A DNA stretch of 64,000 nucleotides, from assembly GCA_021735655.1 (NCBI GenBank), contig JAIPGM010000001.1, positions 192,001 through 256,000 of the forward strand, written 5' to 3'. The DNA is from Candidatus Omnitrophota bacterium. Lineage in GTDB: Bacteria; Omnitrophota; Gorgyraeia; Duberdicusellales; 4484-171. Numbering within the stretch: position 1 is the stretch's first letter; each line of letters opens with the position of its first letter. Positions 10,001 to 18,467 of this stretch are shown piece after piece. The translations under genes and the position numbers were made by a program. The notes beneath the pieces are model-generated. The model made no database searches, was not told the origin of the DNA, and was given only the letters and a program-made list of their open reading frames with translations.

Positions 10001-10540
10001 TCATTGCGTTCAAAAGGAATCTGGCAGGATTCTTACCAGGCAGCTTGGGAAATAGAGCATAAAGCTAAGGAAAAAATTGTGGCAACTGGAGGTTGGCCTT
10101 ACCTTCCCATTTCTCAAACATGGAAATTAGAGTTGCTCGGCAAGAATTCAATATCTTGGCAAGTTGACATGGAGATTTACGGTGAAGTTAATTTAGAGAT
10201 AGAACAGGCTAGTGTAATGATTTCTTCTAAATACAGGAATTGGGAAATTCCCAGTTTTAACAGCGGTAAATTTCTTGATGTCTATGTTAAGAATCACGAT
10301 ATTCTACCTTTTAGATTTTGGTCTGGGGATGCAAACAAGATAGCTGCTGTTTCAGAATGTTTTCCCTCGATAATTTTTAAAAGCGAAAGACAAGATAAAG
10401 AAATGCAGGCGGTTATAGAAAATACAGGTATTTTATATAGGGCAAGGTTGTTGCAGTATCAAAGTACAAGTAATAATGCAATTTTGCCAGGTAAATATCC
10501 ATACTTTAGGGGGATGATAGAAATTGAGACTAGGAAGTAA
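7073..10540 (+). CDS. ABC-2 exporter ATP-binding protein (Wzt/TagH-like) with ~900-aa C-terminal extension containing four repeats of a ~100-aa module
   Basis: The N-terminal 230 aa form an ABC ATPase (Walker A GENGAGKTT, LSVGD, Walker B ILLIDDILSVGD, H-loop SHD). The remaining sequence contains four related modules beginning near nt 7800, 8540, 9220 and 9900 (for example FADKEEKSLKLYFKNKEV...W...W and FVDKEEKSLRIYFKDKEI...). Confidence 0.8.
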   Translation: MRIIEFNNVWEKYRIKFVRDRKVSWEEIWALSNIDFTVNKGEVIGIIGENGAGKTTLLKLIAGMFAPDRGDISVRGKVSVLMELGAGFNPEFTGRENVILNARIYGLDTDIVEQQMEKIVEFADIGKFIDAPVKYYSQGMYTRLAFALAIFVEPDILLIDDILSVGDADAQKKCIDKVFKLKESGKTIILVSHDMHMISRLCDRVILLDKGKLIDRGNPAEIIYHYLETVGDKSGIAVLEKDKLRLVFNNGRITFSYAGVPLTKEFGGYVAYFVSSLGSWLSSFDLFWKISHFSANKIVAEGEYKGRGPSQVWVLEFSESRLCWQVKIKDKDVRDPHIDLLLNPQYKKWLNLDQGGGFPSFISKSTWQNLGLANFPQAMVGLTADLEVKSCPSFVLTAEDKDTQIRLFNTGYDQEGRIIQLDLKLAGDNLFFLKIFPEKNIFEEYIKKEKDIFEESIKKVNQQLALEKEAQQVRLRDLSTFAWGNFSLFADKEEKSLKLYFKNKEVTKKEGFHISFLINNIWYDTTSADWQITKEKEVFIIKLFWKVFDFKQTWKFSVKNGGLLWNLNSIVKKTFNPEIMKIGLLLISEYKTFFCGYQQEDFPDKFSSWQDMSLKDPKARCFGLRKQTSLPAIALDNNESFDCIVQNSDEENSCRVLQLSLPRQSFIQKNTSFGVQLSLLEEESPIDHYLKQERQDHLLRQQEAKRLLSAKSTISKDNFRFFVDKEEKSLRIYFKDKEITKGAGLHSSLCVFGKWFHREETRWQTKKISDEEVVLILSYDSLPLLQIFSLSFKRKGILRVKVEMEISEQIHLSDHHLKLELQDDYNNWDTGYEQGNFFIDRYVDEIGPIRLKDNRISNILLRSNNESKIPKMLLKIISQIDRRIINLYKRRSEDGECVGLCSPLIVSKKEELVKPGKYTYFEGEIIFGKEAKLEREASRVDIVELKKDDIRFVFDRGRVKIFWKEEELTSELGIYTSLRSKGIWQDSYQAAWEIEHKAKEKIVATGGWPYLPISQTWKLELLGKNSISWQVDMEIYGEVNLEIEQASVMISSKYRNWEIPSFNSGKFLDVYVKNHDILPFRFWSGDANKIAAVSECFPSIIFKSERQDKEMQAVIENTGILYRARLLQYQSTSNNAILPGKYPYFRGMIEIETRK
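7790..10250 (+). repeat. Four tandem in-frame copies of a ~100-120 aa protein module inside the Wzt C-terminal extension
   Basis: Read directly in the translation. Each unit has the shape hxhxF(x)...G-h-x-F/W...W...W-x-h-x-h with conserved Trp spacing. The same module recurs in the B12-rSAM genes at 10524 and 18468. Confidence 0.5.
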
Positions 10541-12890
10541 TTATCAAAAGTTTCGAAATCATCTAAGCGCGGGGGGTTTGATTTATGCTGTCTATAGAGG
10601 TATAAAATATTTTATTTATTTGCCGCAGAGGAGAAATTGTAAGCGTAAACAAAAACAAATAATGCTTATTAACGGCAAGCTAAGAATAGATTATTTGGAT
10701 AAAGGGATTGGCATGTCTTGGAATAATTCCCCAATTACCGAAAATGTACACTTTAATGTCGGGCTTAATACTTTAGGATTATGGACAGATTCTTCAAAGG
10801 CTCATTGGCAAATTATGGATCAAGGAGAAGATTATCTCAAGGTCAAGGTAATTTTCCAGGAGTTACCTTTGAGCCAGAATTGGCTAATAAAGTTAGAGGG
10901 CGACCACCAAATATACTGGAAGATAGATTTAGAAATAGAAGAGCATCTTCATATTGATGAATTCCGGATGGTTTGCGGAGTTAACCGTAAGTATAAAACT
11001 TGGATTAATAGCTTTCAGGAGAAAGTTTTTCCCCGGCTTAATCAATATTGGCAAGATTTATGTCTAGATAATGTTTTTACTTCTTTTGTGGGAGTAAGGT
11101 TTCCTACTGGAAACACTCTCTTGCCTTCATTGGTATTTGAATCTTGCGATGATAGCAGAGTTTTTTCCCCCCTTGTTCAAAATACCCCTTTAGATATTAA
11201 TACCCATATTATAGGATTTAGAAAGATTAATCACGAAGATGAAAGGGATTATCCGCCGGGTTGTTATCAGCTTTTTGCTGGCAGAATAAAATTATACGAA
11301 GACAATTATCTGTTAGATAAGAAAATAGAAGATGTGCGTCAAGATTACTTTAAGTCTACAATGAAACGAGTAAGTGCTATTTCCGAAGCCAAAGAATTAA
11401 AAGTTATGCTAGTAAATCTACCTTGGCAGAATAACGGGGTAGGGGGAGTAAGGGCTGGCTCTCGTTGGCCGCACATGAAAGATTTAAGCGAAGGAAATTA
11501 CTTACCATTTCCTTTTTTTCTTGCTTACGCCACCTCTCTTTTAGAAAAAAACGGTATCAAGGCTGACTTAGTTGATGCTATCGCAGAATGTTTATCCGAA
11601 GATAAGTTTATCGAGCGGCTTTTAGGAGCTAATTGTAATGTTTTAGTTGTTGAGACCTCTGTGCCTTCATTTTACCATGATCTGCAGCTATTAAGGAAGT
11701 TATCAAATTTTGGTTTTACAATAATTTTATGCGGTCCAAATTCTGAAATTTATAAATTTGAATTTTTAAAAGAAAATAGATTCATTAATTATGTTTTATT
11801 CGGAGAATATGAATTTACGCTTTTGGAATTGACGAAGATTATTTCTAAGGGCAAAAAAGATCTTACTTTTGTAAAAGGCCTTATTTGGAGAGATGAAAAA
11901 GGTAATATTATTAAGAATCATCCTCGGGAGCCTTTTGATATAAATTGTTTACCTTGGCCTCACAGGGATAAGCTTCCGATGGAAAAATATTGGGATTTAC
12001 CTGGTGATATTCCTCATCCTTCGGTTCAAATAGTTGCCTCGCGGGGTTGTCCTTTTGGTTGCAGTTTTTGCCTTTGGCCTCAGATTCTTTTTGGCGGAAA
12101 GACCTATAGAGTGAGGGACGTAACTGATTGCATTGATGAAATGGAGTACTTAGTAAGAGAAAAAGGCTTTAAATCAGTCTATTTCGATGATGATACTTTT
12201 AATGTCGGAAAAGCTAGGATGCTTGATTTTTGCAATGAGATTATAAAGAGAAAGCTAGATAATGTCCCCTGGGCAATTATGGCTAAAGCCGACCTTATGG
12301 ATGAGGAGATTTTAGATAAGATGAAGGAGGCTGGGTTACATGCGGTAAAGTATGGAGTAGAGAGTGCTTCGCAAGAGTTAGTGGATAGGTGTGGAAAATG
12401 TCTAGACCTTAAAAAAGCAGAGCAGATGATTAAATATAGCCAACATTTAGGCATAAAGGTTCATTTGACTTTTTCCTTTGGTCTTCCTGGAGAAACTAAG
12501 GAGACAATTAAAAAAACAGTTGATTATGCTTTAAAATTAGATCCACAGTCAGTTCAATTTTCAATTATTACACCTTTTCCAGGCACAACTCTTTTTGAAG
12601 AGCTAGATAAAAAGGAAAAAATTCTTACTAAGAATTGGTCTTTGTATGATGGTCATTATAGTTGTGTTTTCCAGCCGGATAACCTTTCTTTGGGAGATTT
12701 AGAAGAATCAAAACAACATGCTTACAGGTTGTGGCTAGATTATCAAAGGAAAAAAAGAGGATTGCTGGGTGATCTAAAAAGGTTCTATAATTATGCACAA
12801 AAAGATGGTTTAGGCAATGCAGTTAAGAAGACTAAAGATTACTTGAATTATTCTATTTTTCATAGAAAGAAGTTTATCGGTAAGATATGA
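10524..12890 (+). CDS. B12-binding radical SAM (class B) enzyme with N-terminal copy of the Wzt repeat module
   Basis: TTG start at 10524 with AGGGGGA 9 nt upstream. The repeat module spans nt ~10660-10950. The B12-binding-like region is KVMLVNLPWQ...LAYATSLLEKNGIKADLVD. The rSAM CxxxCxxC is ASRGCPFGCSFC at ~12046-12075. Confidence 0.75.
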   Translation: MRLGSNYQKFRNHLSAGGLIYAVYRGIKYFIYLPQRRNCKRKQKQIMLINGKLRIDYLDKGIGMSWNNSPITENVHFNVGLNTLGLWTDSSKAHWQIMDQGEDYLKVKVIFQELPLSQNWLIKLEGDHQIYWKIDLEIEEHLHIDEFRMVCGVNRKYKTWINSFQEKVFPRLNQYWQDLCLDNVFTSFVGVRFPTGNTLLPSLVFESCDDSRVFSPLVQNTPLDINTHIIGFRKINHEDERDYPPGCYQLFAGRIKLYEDNYLLDKKIEDVRQDYFKSTMKRVSAISEAKELKVMLVNLPWQNNGVGGVRAGSRWPHMKDLSEGNYLPFPFFLAYATSLLEKNGIKADLVDAIAECLSEDKFIERLLGANCNVLVVETSVPSFYHDLQLLRKLSNFGFTIILCGPNSEIYKFEFLKENRFINYVLFGEYEFTLLELTKIISKGKKDLTFVKGLIWRDEKGNIIKNHPREPFDINCLPWPHRDKLPMEKYWDLPGDIPHPSVQIVASRGCPFGCSFCLWPQILFGGKTYRVRDVTDCIDEMEYLVREKGFKSVYFDDDTFNVGKARMLDFCNEIIKRKLDNVPWAIMAKADLMDEEILDKMKEAGLHAVKYGVESASQELVDRCGKCLDLKKAEQMIKYSQHLGIKVHLTFSFGLPGETKETIKKTVDYALKLDPQSVQFSIITPFPGTTLFEELDKKEKILTKNWSLYDGHYSCVFQPDNLSLGDLEESKQHAYRLWLDYQRKKRGLLGDLKRFYNYAQKDGLGNAVKKTKDYLNYSIFHRKKFIGKI

Positions 12891-15800
12891 AGAATTATCT
12901 AGTCACCTGGGATAAAATATGTAAGGGTATAACTAAGCAAAAGAAGATATTTTGTGGCCCACACACTGTCCAAATAGATTTAACCGACAAATGCAATAGT
13001 AGCTGCGTTGCTTGTTGGATTCACTCACCTTTAGTTGAGGAAAAAAAATCATTTCCAGAAGGCAAAAAACAACTTTCTTTCGAATTAGTTAAAAGTTTGA
13101 TTAATGATTTGTCTGATTTAGGAACTCAGGAGGTAATTTTATCCGGATCAGGGGAGCCATTTTTATATCCAGAAATAAAAGAGGTTATAAAAAATATAAA
13201 GTCAAAAAATATGTATCTAAATATAATTACCAATGCTTCTCTTATCGATGAGGAAATGGCAGAGCTGTTAGTAAAATGCAAAGTCGATTTAATTACTGCC
13301 AGCATATGGGCCGGTGATGCTGAAACTTACAGCTTAACTCATCCAGGAAAAAGCGAAGCTGATTTCGAAAAAATAAAGAGTAACTTAAAGAAATTGGCTT
13401 TTTATAAGAAGCGGTATGGTTCATTGGAGCCGCATTTAAAATTATATAATGTAATTTGCAGTAAAAATTATAGAAATATTGAGGAAATGGTTGATTTTGC
13501 TAAATCAATGGATGCCGATTCTTTAGAGTTTCAGGTTGTTGATATAATTTCTGGGAAAACAGATCATTTGGCCCTGAAAGATGCCTATAAGAGCGAGATA
13601 GTAAATCAATTGGACAATATAAGAAAGCGAAAAGATTTAATATCTTTTAATACGCCTAAAGAAATGCCGATAGATAGTTTTATTGATGAGGAATTTTTTG
13701 ATTTTGGAAAGATTTGGAAAAATTACAAAAACGGCTTTTGCGTTTCTCAGTGTAGCAGTTCTTTGGTTTGCAAAAAAGATCACGAGATAAAAGATAAGAG
13801 AATTATTGTTTCAGAGTCGACATCAACCAGAGGGACTCGTCCGGTTGCATTTTGGTATAAATTTGAAAATAATATATGTAAAACTTGCGAGGAAAATATT
13901 GAGTGCGTTGACGATGAAAATGCAGTGAGCATAAAATTGTTGAATATGTTGGGTATTGGTTCATTTTTGAGGAGATTATTGCGCTCTGATTTAGAGAGAG
14001 GGATATATGAAAAGCAAATAAATAGCATCCCATGTTATATAGGGTGGTATTATTCTCGTATTTTAGCTAATGGTGATGTTATCCCTTGTTGCAAGGCAGG
14101 TAAGTTATCTTTAGGTAATATTAAGAAAAGAACTTTTTCTAAAATTTGGCATTCCTATCGATATAAAAAGTTTCGGCTTAACGCTAAGAATTTAACTAAG
14201 CATCATAAGTATTTTTCTAACATCAATTGCATCAAGAGTTGCGATAATTGGGGAGTAAATTTAGAAATCGACGGGAGATTGAAGGAATTTGAAAATAAAG
14301 AGAAAAAAAAGGAGCCTTACCTTTTAACTATCAAGAATAGCATTATAAAGGGTAGGGTTGAGGATACGCTTGCAAAAATTACTCGTAATATTAAACCGAA
14401 TAATTTAAAAAAGAGATATTCAGAAATTTTAGGTGTATTTGATGGTGAACATGGTTATAAAGGTCCATTCCACGTTCAGATAGACTTGACTAATGATTGC
14501 AATAACACTTGCATTGCTTGTTGGTGCAATTCACCTCTTTTGAAAGAGAAACGATTATCGGCTGATAAAAAAAATCAATATTTACCTTTAGGAATGGTAA
14601 AGGAATTATTGGATGAGATTACTAATATGGGTGCTACTGAGGTCTATTATTCAGGAAGTGGTGAACCATTTATGCATCCAGCGATTATGGAGATTCTCGA
14701 TTATTCAAAAAAGAAAGGTTTAATCTGTCACGTAAATACTAATTTTACTCTTCTTAATCAAGAAAAGATAGATTGCTTAATCGATATGGAGGTTGACCAT
14801 CTTACGGTGAGTGTTTGGGCGGCTACGGCCGAAACTTATGCAAAAACTCATCCTAATAAAACCGAGGCTGACTTTCAACGGATAAAAGAGAATTTACTAT
14901 ATCTGAACTTACGAAAGAAAAGTAAGCCCTGTATAAAAATTTATAACGTTATTTTTAACATGAATTACCTTGAAGTTGAGAAGATGCTTGATTTTGCCGT
15001 TGAGACTAAATCTGAATCTTTAGAATTTACCCTTGTAGATACTATGCCTGGGGCTACTGATATGCTTGCTTTAAATCAAGGACAGTTGGATGAGCTTAAT
15101 GATTTATGCAGGAAAATAAAATTAAAATTAGATAAAAATTACATAATTAGGAGTAAAAAGGTATTGCTTTTTCAGTTTGAGCAGTTTTTGAGAAGGATTT
15201 CTGTTTCTCAAGATGTCCAGGAGGCAAAATACGATAGAGGTGTTATTGATAGTATGCCTTGTTATATTGGTTGGCTTTTTGCACGAATAATTCCTAACGG
15301 GGAAGTTCATTCTTGTCTTAAGGCGCATAGAATTCCGACCGGTTCTTTGTATAAAGATAGATTTTTCGAAATTTGGAATAGTGCTAAACAGGCACATTTT
15401 CGTAAAAAGACTTTAGTTTGCAGAAAAGATGATCCTTTCTTTAGGTTGATTGGCAACGATCCCAATACAAAGGAGGCCGGTTGTTACAAGAGTTGCGATG
15501 ATATCGGGAGGAACACTTGGATGCATAACAAGATGAATATGTTGACGCCACTGGGAAGGCTGACACTTAAGTACGTAGCTAAAGCCATGAAGCCTCTAAG
15601 GAGGCTTAGGTCCAAAAACGATAATTTTAAGAATTACCACAGTGACCCTTTAATTGCCGGGGTCATCCATGGCCGGAAGGCTTTTTTGGGACCCGAACAA
15701 GTAGTAATTGATCCGACCAATAAGTGTAATTTGCAATGCATTTCTTGTTGGATGTATTCGCCATTATTGAAAAAAAATAAACCAGCTTTGGATTTATTGA

Positions 15801-16741
15801 AACAAGAATTATCTAAAGAGGTACTTATTAAATTAATCGATGATTTAGCTGATTTAGGAACAAAGCGTATTAGGTTCACTGGTGGCGGAGAGCCTTTTAT
15901 GCATAAAGATTTGATGACAGTAATAGAGCATGCCCGAAAAAAGAATATTTTAGTTGCGGTAACTACGAACTTTGGTTTGGTCTCTAGACAGGATATTCTT
16001 AGATTGTGTGATTTGGGATTGGAGGAGTTATGCATAAGCATTTGGGGTTCTTCATCGAGAGTCTACAATTTGGTTCATCCTGGTACCGGTGAGGATTATT
16101 TTAAGAAATTAAAAGAAAATCTTTCTTATTTGAAAGGGCTAAATAAGTATAAACCGCGGACTACCTTTGCTAATGTAATCATGAATAATAATTTCACTGA
16201 TTTTGAAGCAATGTATGATTTTGCTTTAGATCATGGAGCTGATGCAGCCTATTTTACCTTGGTTGATATTATTTCCGGTCAAACCGATAAGTTCTTGTTG
16301 AATAAAGATGAACGAAGCGAATTGCTAAAGAGAGCTCTTATGGTTCAGCAACGAAATAAAGATAACAAGCTGCAGCTTGAATTTTTTGAGAATTTTCTAA
16401 AAAGAGTATCTAGTTTCCAAGGAGACTTTGAAAAAGGAGAATATGATAAATCGAGCATTGATCAATTGCCTTGTTATGCCGGCTGGATTTTTTCAAGAGT
16501 TTTGGCAGACGGAAGCGTTGCGCCCTGCTGCCGGGGGGTTAAAAAAATAATCGGCAACATCAAGACTAAATCTTTTAAAGATATTTGGTTTTCGCCCGAA
16601 TACAATGAGTTTAGAGTTAAAGCAAAGTATTTATCGAAAAGCAACGCTTACTTTAAGGATATAGGCTGTATAAAAGAATGTGATAATTTGATGCATAATC
16701 AGGAGTTTCATAAAAGAATAAATCTAAAAGAAGGAGGTTGA
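12887..16741 (+). CDS. Triple tandem radical SAM/SPASM(twitch)-type fusion protein (three complete rSAM domains in one 1284-aa polypeptide)
   Basis: Three CxxxCxxC motifs are present: DKCNSSCVAC (~12992), NDCNNTCIAC (~14509) and NKCNLQCISC (~15730). Each is followed about 330 aa later by a Cys-rich auxiliary-cluster region of the form PCYIGW...NGDVIPCC...GNI...IW...C..C. The ATGA overlap with the upstream gene indicates coupling. Confidence 0.8.
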   Translation: MKNYLVTWDKICKGITKQKKIFCGPHTVQIDLTDKCNSSCVACWIHSPLVEEKKSFPEGKKQLSFELVKSLINDLSDLGTQEVILSGSGEPFLYPEIKEVIKNIKSKNMYLNIITNASLIDEEMAELLVKCKVDLITASIWAGDAETYSLTHPGKSEADFEKIKSNLKKLAFYKKRYGSLEPHLKLYNVICSKNYRNIEEMVDFAKSMDADSLEFQVVDIISGKTDHLALKDAYKSEIVNQLDNIRKRKDLISFNTPKEMPIDSFIDEEFFDFGKIWKNYKNGFCVSQCSSSLVCKKDHEIKDKRIIVSESTSTRGTRPVAFWYKFENNICKTCEENIECVDDENAVSIKLLNMLGIGSFLRRLLRSDLERGIYEKQINSIPCYIGWYYSRILANGDVIPCCKAGKLSLGNIKKRTFSKIWHSYRYKKFRLNAKNLTKHHKYFSNINCIKSCDNWGVNLEIDGRLKEFENKEKKKEPYLLTIKNSIIKGRVEDTLAKITRNIKPNNLKKRYSEILGVFDGEHGYKGPFHVQIDLTNDCNNTCIACWCNSPLLKEKRLSADKKNQYLPLGMVKELLDEITNMGATEVYYSGSGEPFMHPAIMEILDYSKKKGLICHVNTNFTLLNQEKIDCLIDMEVDHLTVSVWAATAETYAKTHPNKTEADFQRIKENLLYLNLRKKSKPCIKIYNVIFNMNYLEVEKMLDFAVETKSESLEFTLVDTMPGATDMLALNQGQLDELNDLCRKIKLKLDKNYIIRSKKVLLFQFEQFLRRISVSQDVQEAKYDRGVIDSMPCYIGWLFARIIPNGEVHSCLKAHRIPTGSLYKDRFFEIWNSAKQAHFRKKTLVCRKDDPFFRLIGNDPNTKEAGCYKSCDDIGRNTWMHNKMNMLTPLGRLTLKYVAKAMKPLRRLRSKNDNFKNYHSDPLIAGVIHGRKAFLGPEQVVIDPTNKCNLQCISCWMYSPLLKKNKPALDLLKQELSKEVLIKLIDDLADLGTKRIRFTGGGEPFMHKDLMTVIEHARKKNILVAVTTNFGLVSRQDILRLCDLGLEELCISIWGSSSRVYNLVHPGTGEDYFKKLKENLSYLKGLNKYKPRTTFANVIMNNNFTDFEAMYDFALDHGADAAYFTLVDIISGQTDKFLLNKDERSELLKRALMVQQRNKDNKLQLEFFENFLKRVSSFQGDFEKGEYDKSSIDQLPCYAGWIFSRVLADGSVAPCCRGVKKIIGNIKTKSFKDIWFSPEYNEFRVKAKYLSKSNAYFKDIGCIKECDNLMHNQEFHKRINLKEGG

Positions 16742-16747
16742 AGTTAA

Positions 16748-17566
16748 TTGAATATGGCGGGTAAAGTGGGTGCTATCGATTTTCAATTATTTTTAAGAAA
16801 AATCAGCCTTGAGCGTTTTTTTCAAAGTTTTTATTATTTTAAATGGTTGGAATACCCTTTAGTCTACAATAACCTTGAACTAAAAGCAGGTGAACAGTAT
16901 CTCGATATCGGTAGTGGAAAGTCCATTTTTCCTCTATTTGTCGTAGCGAAAAATAACTGTAACGTGCACGTATTTGATGATCAGTCCATTATAAAAGACA
17001 GTATTACTTATTATCAGAGCAATATTAGAAAGATGGGGTTATGCAATATTTCTGGAAAAAATTTCTTGATTCACGAAGCTACAGAGAAAGGACAGCTCGA
17101 TTTTCCTGATAATTACTTTGATAGAGTTTCTTGTATTTCGGTATTAGAGCATATTAAGGGCAATGGTGATAGTGTAATGATGCAGGAAATATCAAGAATT
17201 TTAAAAAAAGGCGGGAGGGCTGTGATAACTTTTCCGTTTAATGGCAAGGATTATATAGAAGAAGATAACCCAGAAGGGGTAGGATATTTCCAGCGGAAGT
17301 ATAGTGTAGCGGCGATTAAAGAGCGGATAATTGATCCAGCCAATTTAAAGGTTAAGAAGGTTATATATTTTGGAGAACGTTATATAAGTTTTGGGGAACA
17401 ATACTTGCAGAATAAATTTAGAAAAATAAATTGGCTCATACCTTTATTCGCGCCTATTTTATGGAGGGTGTGCCATTATTATGAAGGTGAATATCGCAAT
17501 TTTTATGAGCGAGCAATAGATAAAAAAGGTACTGGCGTAGCGTGTATTGTTTTTGATAAGATTTGA
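16748..17566 (+). CDS. Class I SAM-dependent methyltransferase
   Basis: Motif I is YLDIGSGKSIFPL. The post-I acidic residue is VFDDQ and the motif II-like block is RVSCISVLEHI. RBS GAAGGAGG lies at 16732-16739. Confidence 0.7.
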   Translation: MNMAGKVGAIDFQLFLRKISLERFFQSFYYFKWLEYPLVYNNLELKAGEQYLDIGSGKSIFPLFVVAKNNCNVHVFDDQSIIKDSITYYQSNIRKMGLCNISGKNFLIHEATEKGQLDFPDNYFDRVSCISVLEHIKGNGDSVMMQEISRILKKGGRAVITFPFNGKDYIEEDNPEGVGYFQRKYSVAAIKERIIDPANLKVKKVIYFGERYISFGEQYLQNKFRKINWLIPLFAPILWRVCHYYEGEYRNFYERAIDKKGTGVACIVFDKI

Positions 17567-17591
17567 ATAAGCAAAATTGTGAAAATTTAAG

Positions 17592-18464
17592 ATGCTGACT
17601 TTTCCTAAATATCTTTCAATCCAAACTACTTCTCTATGCAATGCTTCTTGTGTATTTTGTCCCTATAAAGATATAAAAGATGTAAGGTTCAAGACAATAA
17701 TGGATAGAGGCCTTTATGAAAAAGTTATTAATGAATGCAGTAACCATAAAGATATTGAATGCATTATAGTTTACATGAATAACGAGCCCTTAACTGATCC
17801 TTGCATAGTTGAGAGAATAAATTATGCCAAAGATAAAGTTCCTTGGGCTAGTGTGCATATCTTGACCAATGGAGCCTTACTTAGCGATGACCTGGCTGAT
17901 AAACTTATTGATTCTCGTCTAGACTGGATCGGGGTAAGCTTTCATGGGATCAGAAAAGAAACTATAGAGCGGGCAATGGGCATTCCTTATGAGATCAGCT
18001 TGAAGAGAATAACCAATTTTATCGAAAAAGCAAAAGCGAAGAAAAATATAAAGAACTATTTTATGCTAACTTTTTTGCGCCATGTATATTTGACTCCTCA
18101 AGAGCGGGAAGAGGCTATTAGTTTTTGGAGAAAACTGGGGATAGAAAGAATAAGCTATTTTGACGGGCCCATATCTCGGGCCAGCAATGTAACTAATTTA
18201 CCAAAAGTCTACCATCAAGGCAAGATCAGTGGATGTAATTCTATCTGGGCTGATGAGATGCTTCATGTGGTAGAGGATGGTAAGGTTATTTTGTGCTGCA
18301 TGGATTGGCGAAGAGAAGTAATTTTAGGCGACCTAAACAAACAAAGCATCCATGAAATATGGAATGGCAAAAGAAGAAAGATTTGGGATATGATTCGTGG
18401 AACAGGAGAGGTTCCTGAAGGATTTTTGTGCCGCAGGTGCGAAGAGGCTAAGCAAGAGATTTAA
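17592..18464 (+). CDS. Radical SAM enzyme with C-terminal SPASM/twitch-like Cys cluster (same family as the triple fusion)
   Basis: The motif is SLCNASCVFC (~17634-17663). The C-terminus SGCNSIWADEM...DGKVILCC...LGDLNKQSIHEIW...CRRCEEA matches the auxiliary-cluster pattern of the 12887 and 39797 proteins. Confidence 0.75.
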   Translation: MLTFPKYLSIQTTSLCNASCVFCPYKDIKDVRFKTIMDRGLYEKVINECSNHKDIECIIVYMNNEPLTDPCIVERINYAKDKVPWASVHILTNGALLSDDLADKLIDSRLDWIGVSFHGIRKETIERAMGIPYEISLKRITNFIEKAKAKKNIKNYFMLTFLRHVYLTPQEREEAISFWRKLGIERISYFDGPISRASNVTNLPKVYHQGKISGCNSIWADEMLHVVEDGKVILCCMDWRREVILGDLNKQSIHEIWNGKRRKIWDMIRGTGEVPEGFLCRRCEEAKQEI

Positions 18465-18467
18465 AGG

